Sequence record: NC_052653.1
Reading direction: 5' to 3' (one strand)
Origin: Escherichia phage vB_vPM_PD06
DNA length: 64,000 bases
In this document: positions 17,732 to 26,073 of the stretch, piece after piece
Layout: each line of letters starts with the position of its first letter
How positions within the stretch are numbered: position 1 is the first letter of the stretch
Program-made: the position numbers and the translations under genes
The notes under the pieces: generated by a model
What the model was told of the DNA's origin: nothing
Seen by the model: only the letters and a program-made list of their open reading frames with translations
Database searches by the model: none

Positions 17732-17922
17732 TGTTCCTTATTTATTCAGGTAAAGCCAAATACATGCAAGGTGTGAAGCGTGTAAAAGTAGTAGATACTG
17801 TAACTATAGGAAAATCCTTTATTCTTTATTTGTTTTATATCAATGGAGAAAGATTTGCTGTTTCTAAGAAGTTGGTAGATAATGGTAAAACTTGGAAAGA
17901 AGAGAAACAGGAAGGGGGTTGA
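17731..17922 (+). CDS. Hypothetical protein
   Basis: 63-aa ORF. Confidence 0.4.
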   Translation: MFLIYSGKAKYMQGVKRVKVVDTVTIGKSFILYLFYINGERFAVSKKLVDNGKTWKEEKQEGG

Positions 17923-17924
17923 TA

Positions 17925-18266
17925 GTGGCTAAAATTCTTTGGTTAGACGATTTAAGAGATCCTAAAGATTATGGTTATGAGGATGCCATTTGGTTAAAAT
18001 CTTTTGAGGATTGGTTATCTTTTGTTTCAGATGAAGATAATTTCAATAATATCTCAGAGATACACTTCGATAATGATCTTGGAGAAGATCAAGAAGGATA
18101 TCATGCGTTCTTAGACGTAGAATGTATGTTGTACGCGGGTGAATGGGATGCTCTTAAAACTATCTATGTTCATACATCAAATCCTTCTGCTGCTGGTAAA
18201 TATATGTTAGCCAAGGAAAATTTTATTTCATCCTATGGTGTTGAAATTAAACGTGTTAACTATTAA
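17925..18266 (+). CDS. Hypothetical protein
   Basis: GTG start preceded by GGAAGGGGG; about 113 aa. Confidence 0.45.
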   Translation: MAKILWLDDLRDPKDYGYEDAIWLKSFEDWLSFVSDEDNFNNISEIHFDNDLGEDQEGYHAFLDVECMLYAGEWDALKTIYVHTSNPSAAGKYMLAKENFISSYGVEIKRVNY

Positions 18267-18421
18267 GGAGGTGTTATGCTTTATGTTATTTGGGTAGATG
18301 AAGGGGATGGGTTTTATATATACAAACACACTAACCATTGGCCCGATGTAGAAAAAGCACTTGCAACTTTTGAAGATTGCTTTTACGATATACATACAGA
18401 CGAAGAGTATGTAGAAAATTG

Positions 18422-18781
18422 ATGTGCGCTACTAATCAACATGATATTTGTTACCAACCTCTTACTTGGATTGGTGAGGATCACTATGCTCAACGTGTTA
18501 TAGTCTGCGCTGCGAATAAGTATATTCTCAACAATGGCGAAGAGTTAATTATTCCTTGTGTTAGGCATGCAAATCCTGTACTATCTGCACAACTTAATGT
18601 TTTAAAAGATGCAGGATTGATCGATAAACTGTTTTGCTTACCTGATAATCAAGGGTTTATTGATCAATATTATAATTGGTGGAGTCGCAAAGATGCTTAT
18701 ATCATTGCAGATAACGCCAAACAAATTAACTATGAAAGAAATGGTCACGACAGTGAACTATTCAGCGAGGGATTATACTAA
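18422..18781 (+). CDS. Hypothetical protein
   Basis: ATG at 18422 (MCATNQHD...), about 119 aa. Confidence 0.45.
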   Translation: MCATNQHDICYQPLTWIGEDHYAQRVIVCAANKYILNNGEELIIPCVRHANPVLSAQLNVLKDAGLIDKLFCLPDNQGFIDQYYNWWSRKDAYIIADNAKQINYERNGHDSELFSEGLY

Positions 18782-19332
18782 TGTTTATTACAAGTGATTT
18801 GCATTTTATGCACAAACGTATTCGAGAGTTTGCTCCTGAATATCGCCCGTGGGAAGATATGGAGCATATGACAGAAGCACTGATTGAAGCATGGAATAAA
18901 TGTGCTACGAGTCCTGGTGTCAAGATGTGGCATTTGGGCGACTTCTGTTTCGGGACTGAAGAAGATACCCGTAAAATTGCTTCACGTCTTCAAGGTGATA
19001 TCACTTACTGTGTTGGGAACCATGATTACAGCAAACACCGAGAAGTGCTTGCAGAATATGGCGAGGTGGTGTATTATGACGAAGTGAAATATCAGAAACT
19101 GTTCTTCGTCTTAAGTCATTACCCTATGGCTGCTTGGAATAAACAAGGGCATGGATCAATCATGCTACACGGGCACTCTCACGGATCATTCCCTGATCAT
19201 TTGTATGGGAAAATGTTGGATGTTGGTTGGGATGCACACGGAAAAATCTTGCATTTTGACGAAATCATCTCTATTATGGATAAGCGTGATATTGTTGTTG
19301 TAGACCATCATAAGATAATCAAAGGAGATTAA
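18781..19332 (+). CDS. Calcineurin-like metallophosphoesterase
   Basis: Motifs SDLHFMH, GDFCFG, GNHD, then His-rich HGHSHG. Confidence 0.7.
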   Translation: MFITSDLHFMHKRIREFAPEYRPWEDMEHMTEALIEAWNKCATSPGVKMWHLGDFCFGTEEDTRKIASRLQGDITYCVGNHDYSKHREVLAEYGEVVYYDEVKYQKLFFVLSHYPMAAWNKQGHGSIMLHGHSHGSFPDHLYGKMLDVGWDAHGKILHFDEIISIMDKRDIVVVDHHKIIKGD

Positions 19333-19333
19333 G

Positions 19334-20266
19334 GTGGCTAAGTTCAATTGTGATGACCTGATTGCAAAAGGTTTAGTGCATAAAAAAGAAGTTAAATCTG
19401 GAGAGTATGCTGGTCTTGCTGTACTTAAATACAAAAACAATGTATTCTGGGATAACTTGTGGAACGTTGACAAACGACTCCTAGATTGTCGTGGGTTGGT
19501 TGTTGACTCAGAAGACAATGTTGTTATCTGGCCTTTTACTAAAATCTTTAATCGTTTTGAGAATGGTACAGATCTTCCAGCAGACCAGCTTGTAGATGCT
19601 GTCCGTAAAGTAAACGGTTTTATGGCATCTGTAGGTGTGTACAAAGGGCAACTTATTGTATCAACAACAGGGAGCCTAGAGTCAGATTTTGCAACTCTTG
19701 CCAAGAACCATATTGTTTCCGAGTGTGATGACATAGAATATTTCATTAAGTGGACAGAAAGTGCAAAAGCAACTTTCCTTTTTGAAATCTGTGATCCTTC
19801 TGATCCACATATTGTCGAAGAAGAACCAGGCGCATACTTAATTGGAGCAAGAATTCAAAATCTTGATGGGACAAGTTTCATGCTACCCGAAGGTGTGCTT
19901 GATGGGATTGCATCTATTACAAAATTTAAACGTCCTGAAGTTTATCCGATGATTAAATTTTCAGATGTTGTTGAAATGTCTAAACATTGTAAGCACGAAG
20001 GGTTTGTTGTTCGGGAAACAAACTATCCGTTTAACTTGCTGTTAAAGATTAAGTCACCATATTATCTTGCTAAGAAATTCCTTATGCGTGGTGGCAATAA
20101 GAAGTGGGATATGATTTGGGACAACCCAAAAAATGCTAAACAAATTGTTGACGAAGAATATTATACTTTGCTAGAATGGCTTCGAAACAACTTTACTAAG
20201 ACTCAATGGGCTGCTTTAGATCCACAAGAGCGACGTAAAGAAATAGAAAACTTCTTTGGAGGCTAA
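19334..20266 (+). CDS. Polynucleotide ligase, RNA-ligase-like
   Basis: Nucleotidyltransferase motifs: I VRKVNGF (KxNG), IV HEGFVVRE, V LLKIKSPYY; GTG start with GGAG upstream. Confidence 0.6.
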   Translation: MAKFNCDDLIAKGLVHKKEVKSGEYAGLAVLKYKNNVFWDNLWNVDKRLLDCRGLVVDSEDNVVIWPFTKIFNRFENGTDLPADQLVDAVRKVNGFMASVGVYKGQLIVSTTGSLESDFATLAKNHIVSECDDIEYFIKWTESAKATFLFEICDPSDPHIVEEEPGAYLIGARIQNLDGTSFMLPEGVLDGIASITKFKRPEVYPMIKFSDVVEMSKHCKHEGFVVRETNYPFNLLLKIKSPYYLAKKFLMRGGNKKWDMIWDNPKNAKQIVDEEYYTLLEWLRNNFTKTQWAALDPQERRKEIENFFGG

Positions 20267-20671
20267 ATGAAACAACTTATCATTTTACGTGGTGTTTCAG
20301 GTGCAGGTAAATCTACAGTAGCAGAAATTATTTCTGAAGGTTATTGGCCTATCTGTGAGGCAGATCAATATCATTACACAGAAAGTGGTGTTTACGATTG
20401 GAAGCCAGAGAATGTAGGTAAAGCACACGCATGGTGTCAGAGTATTGTTCGTGATGCTATGGTATCTAATATTAAAAAGATTATTGTCTCTAACACTTCA
20501 ACCACAGAGAAAGAACTTAAACCTTATTTAACTCTTGCTGAAGAGTTTGGTTATCAAGTTATCTCCTTAGTTGTTGAAAATAGGCACGGTAACGACTCAA
20601 TTCATGAGGTTCCACAACATACTCGTGATCAGCAAGAGAAACGTCTTCGCAGTTCACTTAAGCTACAATAA
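20267..20671 (+). CDS. P-loop kinase, polynucleotide-kinase-like
   Basis: Walker A GVSGAGKST near N-terminus; 134 aa; start abuts ligase stop. Confidence 0.6.
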   Translation: MKQLIILRGVSGAGKSTVAEIISEGYWPICEADQYHYTESGVYDWKPENVGKAHAWCQSIVRDAMVSNIKKIIVSNTSTTEKELKPYLTLAEEFGYQVISLVVENRHGNDSIHEVPQHTRDQQEKRLRSSLKLQ

Positions 20672-20680
20672 GGAGAGTGT

Positions 20681-21001
20681 ATGGAAATTTATTCTGGTGA
20701 AGGTAAGTATTTTACAGTAGTCGATAATGGTGAAATTATTATTTATCGCTACGGAAGTGAGTGGAGGAACGAGACAGGAGACGGTTATATCTTATCTTTG
20801 CTCCGTTTGATTAATGATCTTACGGAAGAACTTGAAGAAACAAAACGTTCATATGATGATCAAGTAGATTCATTAGAAAACATTATTTCAGATCTAAATG
20901 AAGAAGTTTGTTATTTGAGTGGACAAGTTTCAGAGTTAACACTGGAATGTGAAGATTTAGGTGATGTTATTGCAGATTTAAATGAACGTCTTAAGGATTA
21001 A
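20681..21001 (+). CDS. Hypothetical protein
   Basis: 106-aa ORF, acidic C-terminal half. Confidence 0.45.
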   Translation: MEIYSGEGKYFTVVDNGEIIIYRYGSEWRNETGDGYILSLLRLINDLTEELEETKRSYDDQVDSLENIISDLNEEVCYLSGQVSELTLECEDLGDVIADLNERLKD

Positions 21002-21004
21002 TAT

Positions 21005-21229
21005 ATGAGTACAGCTATCTATGTTAAAGGTGTAAGCGAAGATCAACAAATGTTATTCTCATTTGGTGAGAATACTGAAATGGAAGATATGTTTAATGAT
21101 ATCCTTGATGCCCTTTCTTCGGAAGGGTTCACAATGATTACATACTTTATGGCAACATCTTCTGAATACGTTGATACAGATCTTGAAGACTTGATGGAAG
21201 AGATTCAAACTCTTGTGTATAATTGGTAA
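21005..21229 (+). CDS. Hypothetical acidic protein
   Basis: 74-aa ORF. Confidence 0.45.
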   Translation: MSTAIYVKGVSEDQQMLFSFGENTEMEDMFNDILDALSSEGFTMITYFMATSSEYVDTDLEDLMEEIQTLVYNW

Positions 21230-21426
21230 GGGTAACTATGACATTTATTGAAGAACTAACGAGAATTGCAAACGCACCTAACAGTAGCGAAGATCCTTAC
21301 TTTATGGTGGATGATTACACTGGTGGTAATATTGATGATGCCTATGAACTAGGCAGACTACACGGTGAAATTGAAATGGCTAAATGGGTTCTTTCGCAAC
21401 TGGAGGTTAAAGATGAAACAAACTAA
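21223..21426 (+). CDS. Hypothetical protein
   Basis: 67-aa ORF. Confidence 0.4.
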   Translation: MVRVTMTFIEELTRIANAPNSSEDPYFMVDDYTGGNIDDAYELGRLHGEIEMAKWVLSQLEVKDETN

Positions 21427-22528
21427 TCCTACACTATATGGTAAAACTTCTACAGGTAAAATTAAACAGTGGTCAGTCTATACCGAAGGTAGTGTTGTAA
21501 CTGTTGCTCATGGTCAATTAGGTGGAAAGATTACTAGCAAATCTTATACAGCAGAACCTAAAAATATTGGTCGCTCAAATGAAACAACAGCAGAAGAACA
21601 AGCTGAAATAGAAGCTCTTGCCAAATGGACAAAGCAACTTAAGAATGGGTATTATAAAACAAAAGAGGAAGCTGAAAACCATGTTCCTTCCACACCCATG
21701 AAATGTCAGGATTATAAAGATTATGCTGATCGTGTTTTGTTCCCAGGTTATGCACAGTATAAATTGAATGGTCTACGTTCAATGATTAACATGCAAGGTG
21801 AATGTTTATCTAAAGCTGGGGAAGTATATAAACTTCCACCTCACTGGAAAGAAATTCCAACCTTCATTAAAGAAGTAGTTGGTCATCCTCTTGATGGTGA
21901 AGTTTTTGCTGGTTTGGGTGTTCTTAGCCTTCAGCAAATTAATAGTGCGTGGAAAAAGCATAATGCTAACACTCCGCTTCTTAAATACTATGTATATGAT
22001 GTTCCTGTGCCATCTGTACCATTTGAGAAGAGGGTTGAAGTTTTGGCTGCTCTAAAAGAAGTTGTTGAAGATAAAGGTTTAGATGAACTTATTTGTGTAG
22101 TGCATACAGAGTACATTGAAAACCAAGAGCAGTTTGATGAATTCTATGCAAAAGCTCTGCGTGAGAAAGCGGAAGGTGTGGTGTATCGTAATGCACAAGG
22201 TGTTTACGAGTTTGATAAACGTTCTTATGATGTTATTAAACGTAAACCACGGCAGACGCTTGAAGTTAAGGTGGTAAGTGCAAAACGTGATAAAAATGGT
22301 GACGGGGTATTGACAGGCGAGATGGAAAATGGTAAAGTAGTCGAATTCCTGATGCGTAAGGATTCAGATGAAACCATTAACTATCGTAAAGCAGAAAATG
22401 CCGAAATGTTAATTGGTAAATTTGTTGAGATTGAGTATGAAGAGTTTTCCGATGGTGGAATACCTACTAAACCAACAGGTGTACGTGTACGTAAGATGAT
22501 TCCAGGTACTTGGGAACCAGCAGAATAA
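21413..22528 (+). CDS. ATP-dependent polynucleotide ligase (DNA or RNA ligase)
   Basis: ATG at 21413 with GGAGG upstream; motifs I YKLNGLR, III HPLDGEVF, IV AEGVVYRN, V VIKRKP, then OB-like tail. Confidence 0.6.
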   Translation: MKQTNPTLYGKTSTGKIKQWSVYTEGSVVTVAHGQLGGKITSKSYTAEPKNIGRSNETTAEEQAEIEALAKWTKQLKNGYYKTKEEAENHVPSTPMKCQDYKDYADRVLFPGYAQYKLNGLRSMINMQGECLSKAGEVYKLPPHWKEIPTFIKEVVGHPLDGEVFAGLGVLSLQQINSAWKKHNANTPLLKYYVYDVPVPSVPFEKRVEVLAALKEVVEDKGLDELICVVHTEYIENQEQFDEFYAKALREKAEGVVYRNAQGVYEFDKRSYDVIKRKPRQTLEVKVVSAKRDKNGDGVLTGEMENGKVVEFLMRKDSDETINYRKAENAEMLIGKFVEIEYEEFSDGGIPTKPTGVRVRKMIPGTWEPAE

Positions 22529-22537
22529 GAGGTAAAT

Positions 22538-22716
22538 ATGGTATTAGCAACAGTTCTTATGATGTTAATTGCTATTGCAATTATAATGTTAGCCTCGTTT
22601 CCAGTGAACAAATGGTACTGCAATTTTTGTAGATTTGTTGTTTTCCTCTGTGCTGGGGCGTATATGGGCGAATCGGTAGTTCGCATTAGTGTTTTGTTAG
22701 AACAATATTTTAAATA
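22538..22716 (+). CDS. Small membrane protein
   Basis: 59-aa ORF with GAGG upstream; hydrophobic MVLATVLMMLIAIAIIMLASF. Confidence 0.35.
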
Positions 22717-22726
22717 AGGAGAAACA

Positions 22727-23449
22727 ATGATCGAGAATTTTTTCAAACAAGTAAAAGTGGACAATAGCTTCTTTATCAAAGCTGCCGATCAAATTGTTGC
22801 TTGGAATGCTAAGGCACGTGGTGGCGTAACTCCAGAGTTTACTCAAGAGATGTTTGAAGCTCAACTTTCTTTTGTACGAGAAGAACTAAAAGAGTTCCAA
22901 GCAGCAGCACAGGAAAATGATCACGTTGAATTACTTGATGCAGCAGCAGATATTTTTGTGGTAGCATCCTATCTGGCGTTTATGTTCTTTGGTAAAGAAG
23001 GTGTTGATAAAGCTCTGGAAATGCCGACAGGAGATGTTCTGGCAGAAAACATCTACGATGTTATCATTGAATTTGATAAAATGGTAGAAAATGACTTGCA
23101 ATTTGCCCTAATGTCTCTTACACTTACACGTATGGCACGAGATACTTTGGTGCGTTCTGTTTATAACGAGAAGAAGGTTATGCGTGAAGTGTTGAATAGC
23201 AATGAGTCCAAGTATCCTACCAAGAAGCAACTCCTGGCTATTTGGGAAACTAAGGATATTGTTGAAGCTCTTGAAAAAGAGTGTGATGCTATCGAGATGA
23301 GAAGCAAAGATCGTGCAGAAGGTTCTTATACTGGAGTACATGCTGTATATAACGAAGTTCAAAAGGTATACGTATTCTTTGATGACAAAGGTAAAATTAT
23401 GAAGCCATCTACCTTTGTTAAACCTAATATCGCAGCAATCATTGCTTAA
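22727..23449 (+). CDS. MazG-like all-alpha NTP pyrophosphohydrolase (tentative)
   Basis: Acidic helix pattern EELKEFQAAAQENDHVELLDAAADIF. Confidence 0.4.
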   Translation: MIENFFKQVKVDNSFFIKAADQIVAWNAKARGGVTPEFTQEMFEAQLSFVREELKEFQAAAQENDHVELLDAAADIFVVASYLAFMFFGKEGVDKALEMPTGDVLAENIYDVIIEFDKMVENDLQFALMSLTLTRMARDTLVRSVYNEKKVMREVLNSNESKYPTKKQLLAIWETKDIVEALEKECDAIEMRSKDRAEGSYTGVHAVYNEVQKVYVFFDDKGKIMKPSTFVKPNIAAIIA

Positions 23450-23455
23450 GAAATA

Positions 23456-23478
23456 AAGCCCCTTCGGGGGCTTATTGG
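23456..23478 (+). terminator. Rho-independent terminator (weak U-tract)
   Basis: AAGCCCC-TTCG-GGGGCTT hairpin right after stop. Confidence 0.5.
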
Positions 23479-23485
23479 AGGTATT

Positions 23486-23764
23486 ATGTTAACAGCAGAA
23501 GATATCTTTAAACACGGTTTGCGTCAGGTAATCAAATCCTTGAAGAATGCAGGTATTGAAGATATCACACAGGAAATTGTTGGTTTAGAAAAAGAAGGTA
23601 AGAGAACAGAATTTAAGTTTTACACAGAAGAACAGTGGTTGAGTAATCCGCAAAACAAAGCTAATGAGGCTGTTAGTCTGTTTGGTAAATCTTATAAAGG
23701 ATTTAAATATCCTGATCATATTGTCGAATATGATGGTGTAAAATATTTTGTAGTTGTTATTTGA
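23486..23764 (+). CDS. Hypothetical protein
   Basis: 92-aa ORF with GGAGG upstream. Confidence 0.45.
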   Translation: MLTAEDIFKHGLRQVIKSLKNAGIEDITQEIVGLEKEGKRTEFKFYTEEQWLSNPQNKANEAVSLFGKSYKGFKYPDHIVEYDGVKYFVVVI

Positions 23765-23774
23765 GGAGAAAATT

Positions 23775-24659
23775 ATGTTTGCTAAAAATTTCAAATCTTG
23801 CGTAACCCTGATTTCTGGTGATGGTCTGTCTATTTCAGCACTGAACACAGTAACAGACAAACCGCTGGATTTTGTTGTGGCACAGGGGCAACAAGCACAT
23901 ACCATTGGTCTTGTTCGTTTTGAAGATGATGGTTCCTATGTAAAAGTGTTCTCTGGTTTAGAGGTTATTAAAGTAGGGCAGTCTGTTAAGAAAGTTAACA
24001 AGAAGAAAGTTAAACGCATTCTTAATGAAAAACTCCAGGAGATGGAACAAGAGTTTATTACTGCAAATCCTACTAAAGAGTTCTTCTTGGACAAAGAAAG
24101 CAAAAAAGCAATTGAGGCTGATATTGTGTTTTCTCTGCTCCCAGAAACAGAGGCAGATGATTTCTATAACTATGTTGTTGTAGACACTGAAAACAGTATT
24201 ACCTATGTTCTTAATGGTACTAAGAAAATTAGTGAAGATATTGCTGTATTTCTTCGTGAGGTGTTGGGTACTTTCCCAGTTCTGCCGTTTAGTGTACACG
24301 AAGAAGCCATTATTAAAGGTTTTGATACCATCTTAGAAGAACATGAAGCTGAACGACTGACCCTGGGTAATTATATTAAACTTGAAGATTCGGAAGGTGT
24401 GGTTGTATGGAGTAAAGAGTCCCTTTATGAATCTCGTGCAGTAGAACTTATGGAAGATGGTAAGCACGTTGTTGCCATTGGCCTGGAATATGACGGCTTC
24501 GTTAACTTTATTGTTGATAAAGAATTTAAGTTGAGTGGTATTAAATTCCCTAAATACTTTAATGATGAAGAAGGATCTTTTGAAGCATCTGTCCTTCTGT
24601 GCTTTAACGAAATCCGTGGTATTATGCAAGACCTTATCAAGTCAACTATTCAAAAATAA
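23775..24659 (+). CDS. Hypothetical protein
   Basis: ATG at 23775 (MFAKNF...) with GAGGAG upstream; about 294 aa. Confidence 0.5.
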   Translation: MFAKNFKSCVTLISGDGLSISALNTVTDKPLDFVVAQGQQAHTIGLVRFEDDGSYVKVFSGLEVIKVGQSVKKVNKKKVKRILNEKLQEMEQEFITANPTKEFFLDKESKKAIEADIVFSLLPETEADDFYNYVVVDTENSITYVLNGTKKISEDIAVFLREVLGTFPVLPFSVHEEAIIKGFDTILEEHEAERLTLGNYIKLEDSEGVVVWSKESLYESRAVELMEDGKHVVAIGLEYDGFVNFIVDKEFKLSGIKFPKYFNDEEGSFEASVLLCFNEIRGIMQDLIKSTIQK

Positions 24660-24662
24660 TAC

Positions 24663-24692
24663 TTGACTTACTAATTTAATATGTGTTAATAT
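24663..24692 (+). promoter_or_regulatory. Sigma70-like promoter candidate
   Basis: TTGACT, 17-nt spacer, TTAATA/TAATAT. Confidence 0.4.
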
Positions 24693-24719
24693 GCCTACCT
24701 ACTTAGTTAGGTGGGCTTT
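24693..24719 (+). terminator. Hairpin plus U-tract (terminator or attenuator)
   Basis: CCTACCTA-CTTAGT-TAGGTGGG followed by CTTTT. Confidence 0.5.
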
Positions 24720-24733
24720 TAAGGAGACACACC

Positions 24734-24946
24734 ATGAAAAAACTTCTTGTCGGTTTACTTCTAGTAATCAGTTCTTATTCTTATGCTGGTCAAATAACTT
24801 TAATTAATTCTGGAGAACAAGTTTCTGGAAGTACAAAATACTGTTTTTACTCTAACGGTATGTACGACAAGGTTATAGAGGTTTCTGCAAGTCGTCAGTG
24901 TCCCTACACACGAACATTCTCAACAGAGAGTTCAGATGATGAATAG
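24734..24946 (+). CDS. Small secreted protein
   Basis: N-terminal signal peptide MKKLLVGLLLVISSYSYAG; 70 aa; two Cys; acidic C-terminus. Confidence 0.5.
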   Translation: MKKLLVGLLLVISSYSYAGQITLINSGEQVSGSTKYCFYSNGMYDKVIEVSASRQCPYTRTFSTESSDDE

Positions 24947-25038
24947 GAGGTAATATTAGCGGTTACATTTTAATCCAACCGGAAGACCTGCACAAATATG
25001 TTGACGAGAACACAATTCTTGCAATAGACTACGATCAA

Positions 25039-26073
25039 GTGGCGTTCCAAGCATCTTCGGCTTTAGAACAAAGAAAAATCCACGCTGTACACAAGGCTTC
25101 CGGTAATGTAAAAGAGTTTGAAACAAGAACAGATTTTTGGGGTAAATCTTCAAAAAATATTGGAGGATGGTTAGGAGCACTTAACGCGCAACGCGAAGCT
25201 GCTGGTAAGAAGTTGTTCTCTAGAGAAGATTTTGAAATAAAAGATGTTCAAATAGTCCCAGATAATATTTCTTTTACGTTTCAAGCTGCAAAGACAAAAA
25301 TAACCCAGATGATGGATCACCTAAAACTTCAAAAGTATTGCGGTGTCATCGGGGTAGGAAAAACCTTCCGGCATTCTTTCAAAATGCCAAAAGAATATAA
25401 ATCAGAACGATCAGATTTAAGACCAATCCATTTATCAGATACTAAAGATTATCTAGTTGAAAAACATAACGGTGACGTTGTTACTGGTATTGAGGCAGAT
25501 GATGCTTTAGAAATCTATGGATATGCAGGGTATAAAGCCTACAAGGAAACTGGTAAGTTTTCTCATATTGTAGCATCTATCGACAAAGATAGCTTGCACA
25601 CACCAAGTTTACTCTTTAACTTTTATAAAGAGGATGGTGTTTATAAAAATCCTTGTATTATTCTGATTGATGAATCTATTGGTGATATCTGGATCGTAGA
25701 AAAAGGTAAGAAAAAAGAAATTAAGGGTTGGGGTAGTTACTGGTTAGCTTATCAAATGCTAATGGGTGATAAGACAGATAGTATTCGACCTTACCAAGAT
25801 TTCGATGTTAAGTTTGGAGATATTACTTGCTTTAATCTTATTTCCAAATGTAAAACACAGGCTGAACTTTTTCAGACAGTTAAAGATCAGTATTATGAAT
25901 GGTTCCCAGATGGCGTTAAATTTACTTCTTGGGATGGTGAAGAAGTAGAGATGACAACTGACGAATGGATAGAGACAATTTTTCAGTTGGTATATATGAA
26001 ACGTTGGGCGAATGATGAAACAACTTTTGAAAGTATGCTACAAGCATATATTTCAGAGCAGGAGGAACATTGA
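25039..26073 (+). CDS. 5'-3' exonuclease / flap endonuclease
   Basis: Motifs GIEADDALEIYG and SIDKD; upstream frame stays open back to 24943 with no ATG, so true start is probably a non-ATG codon near 24955 just after AGGAGG. Confidence 0.6.
   Translation: MAFQASSALEQRKIHAVHKASGNVKEFETRTDFWGKSSKNIGGWLGALNAQREAAGKKLFSREDFEIKDVQIVPDNISFTFQAAKTKITQMMDHLKLQKYCGVIGVGKTFRHSFKMPKEYKSERSDLRPIHLSDTKDYLVEKHNGDVVTGIEADDALEIYGYAGYKAYKETGKFSHIVASIDKDSLHTPSLLFNFYKEDGVYKNPCIILIDESIGDIWIVEKGKKKEIKGWGSYWLAYQMLMGDKTDSIRPYQDFDVKFGDITCFNLISKCKTQAELFQTVKDQYYEWFPDGVKFTSWDGEEVEMTTDEWIETIFQLVYMKRWANDETTFESMLQAYISEQEEH

Noticed and set aside
21413-22528. Calling the second ligase specifically an ATP-dependent DNA ligase
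   Set aside because: Motif I reads KLNG rather than the KxDG typical of DNA ligases, so DNA versus RNA substrate cannot be decided from sequence.
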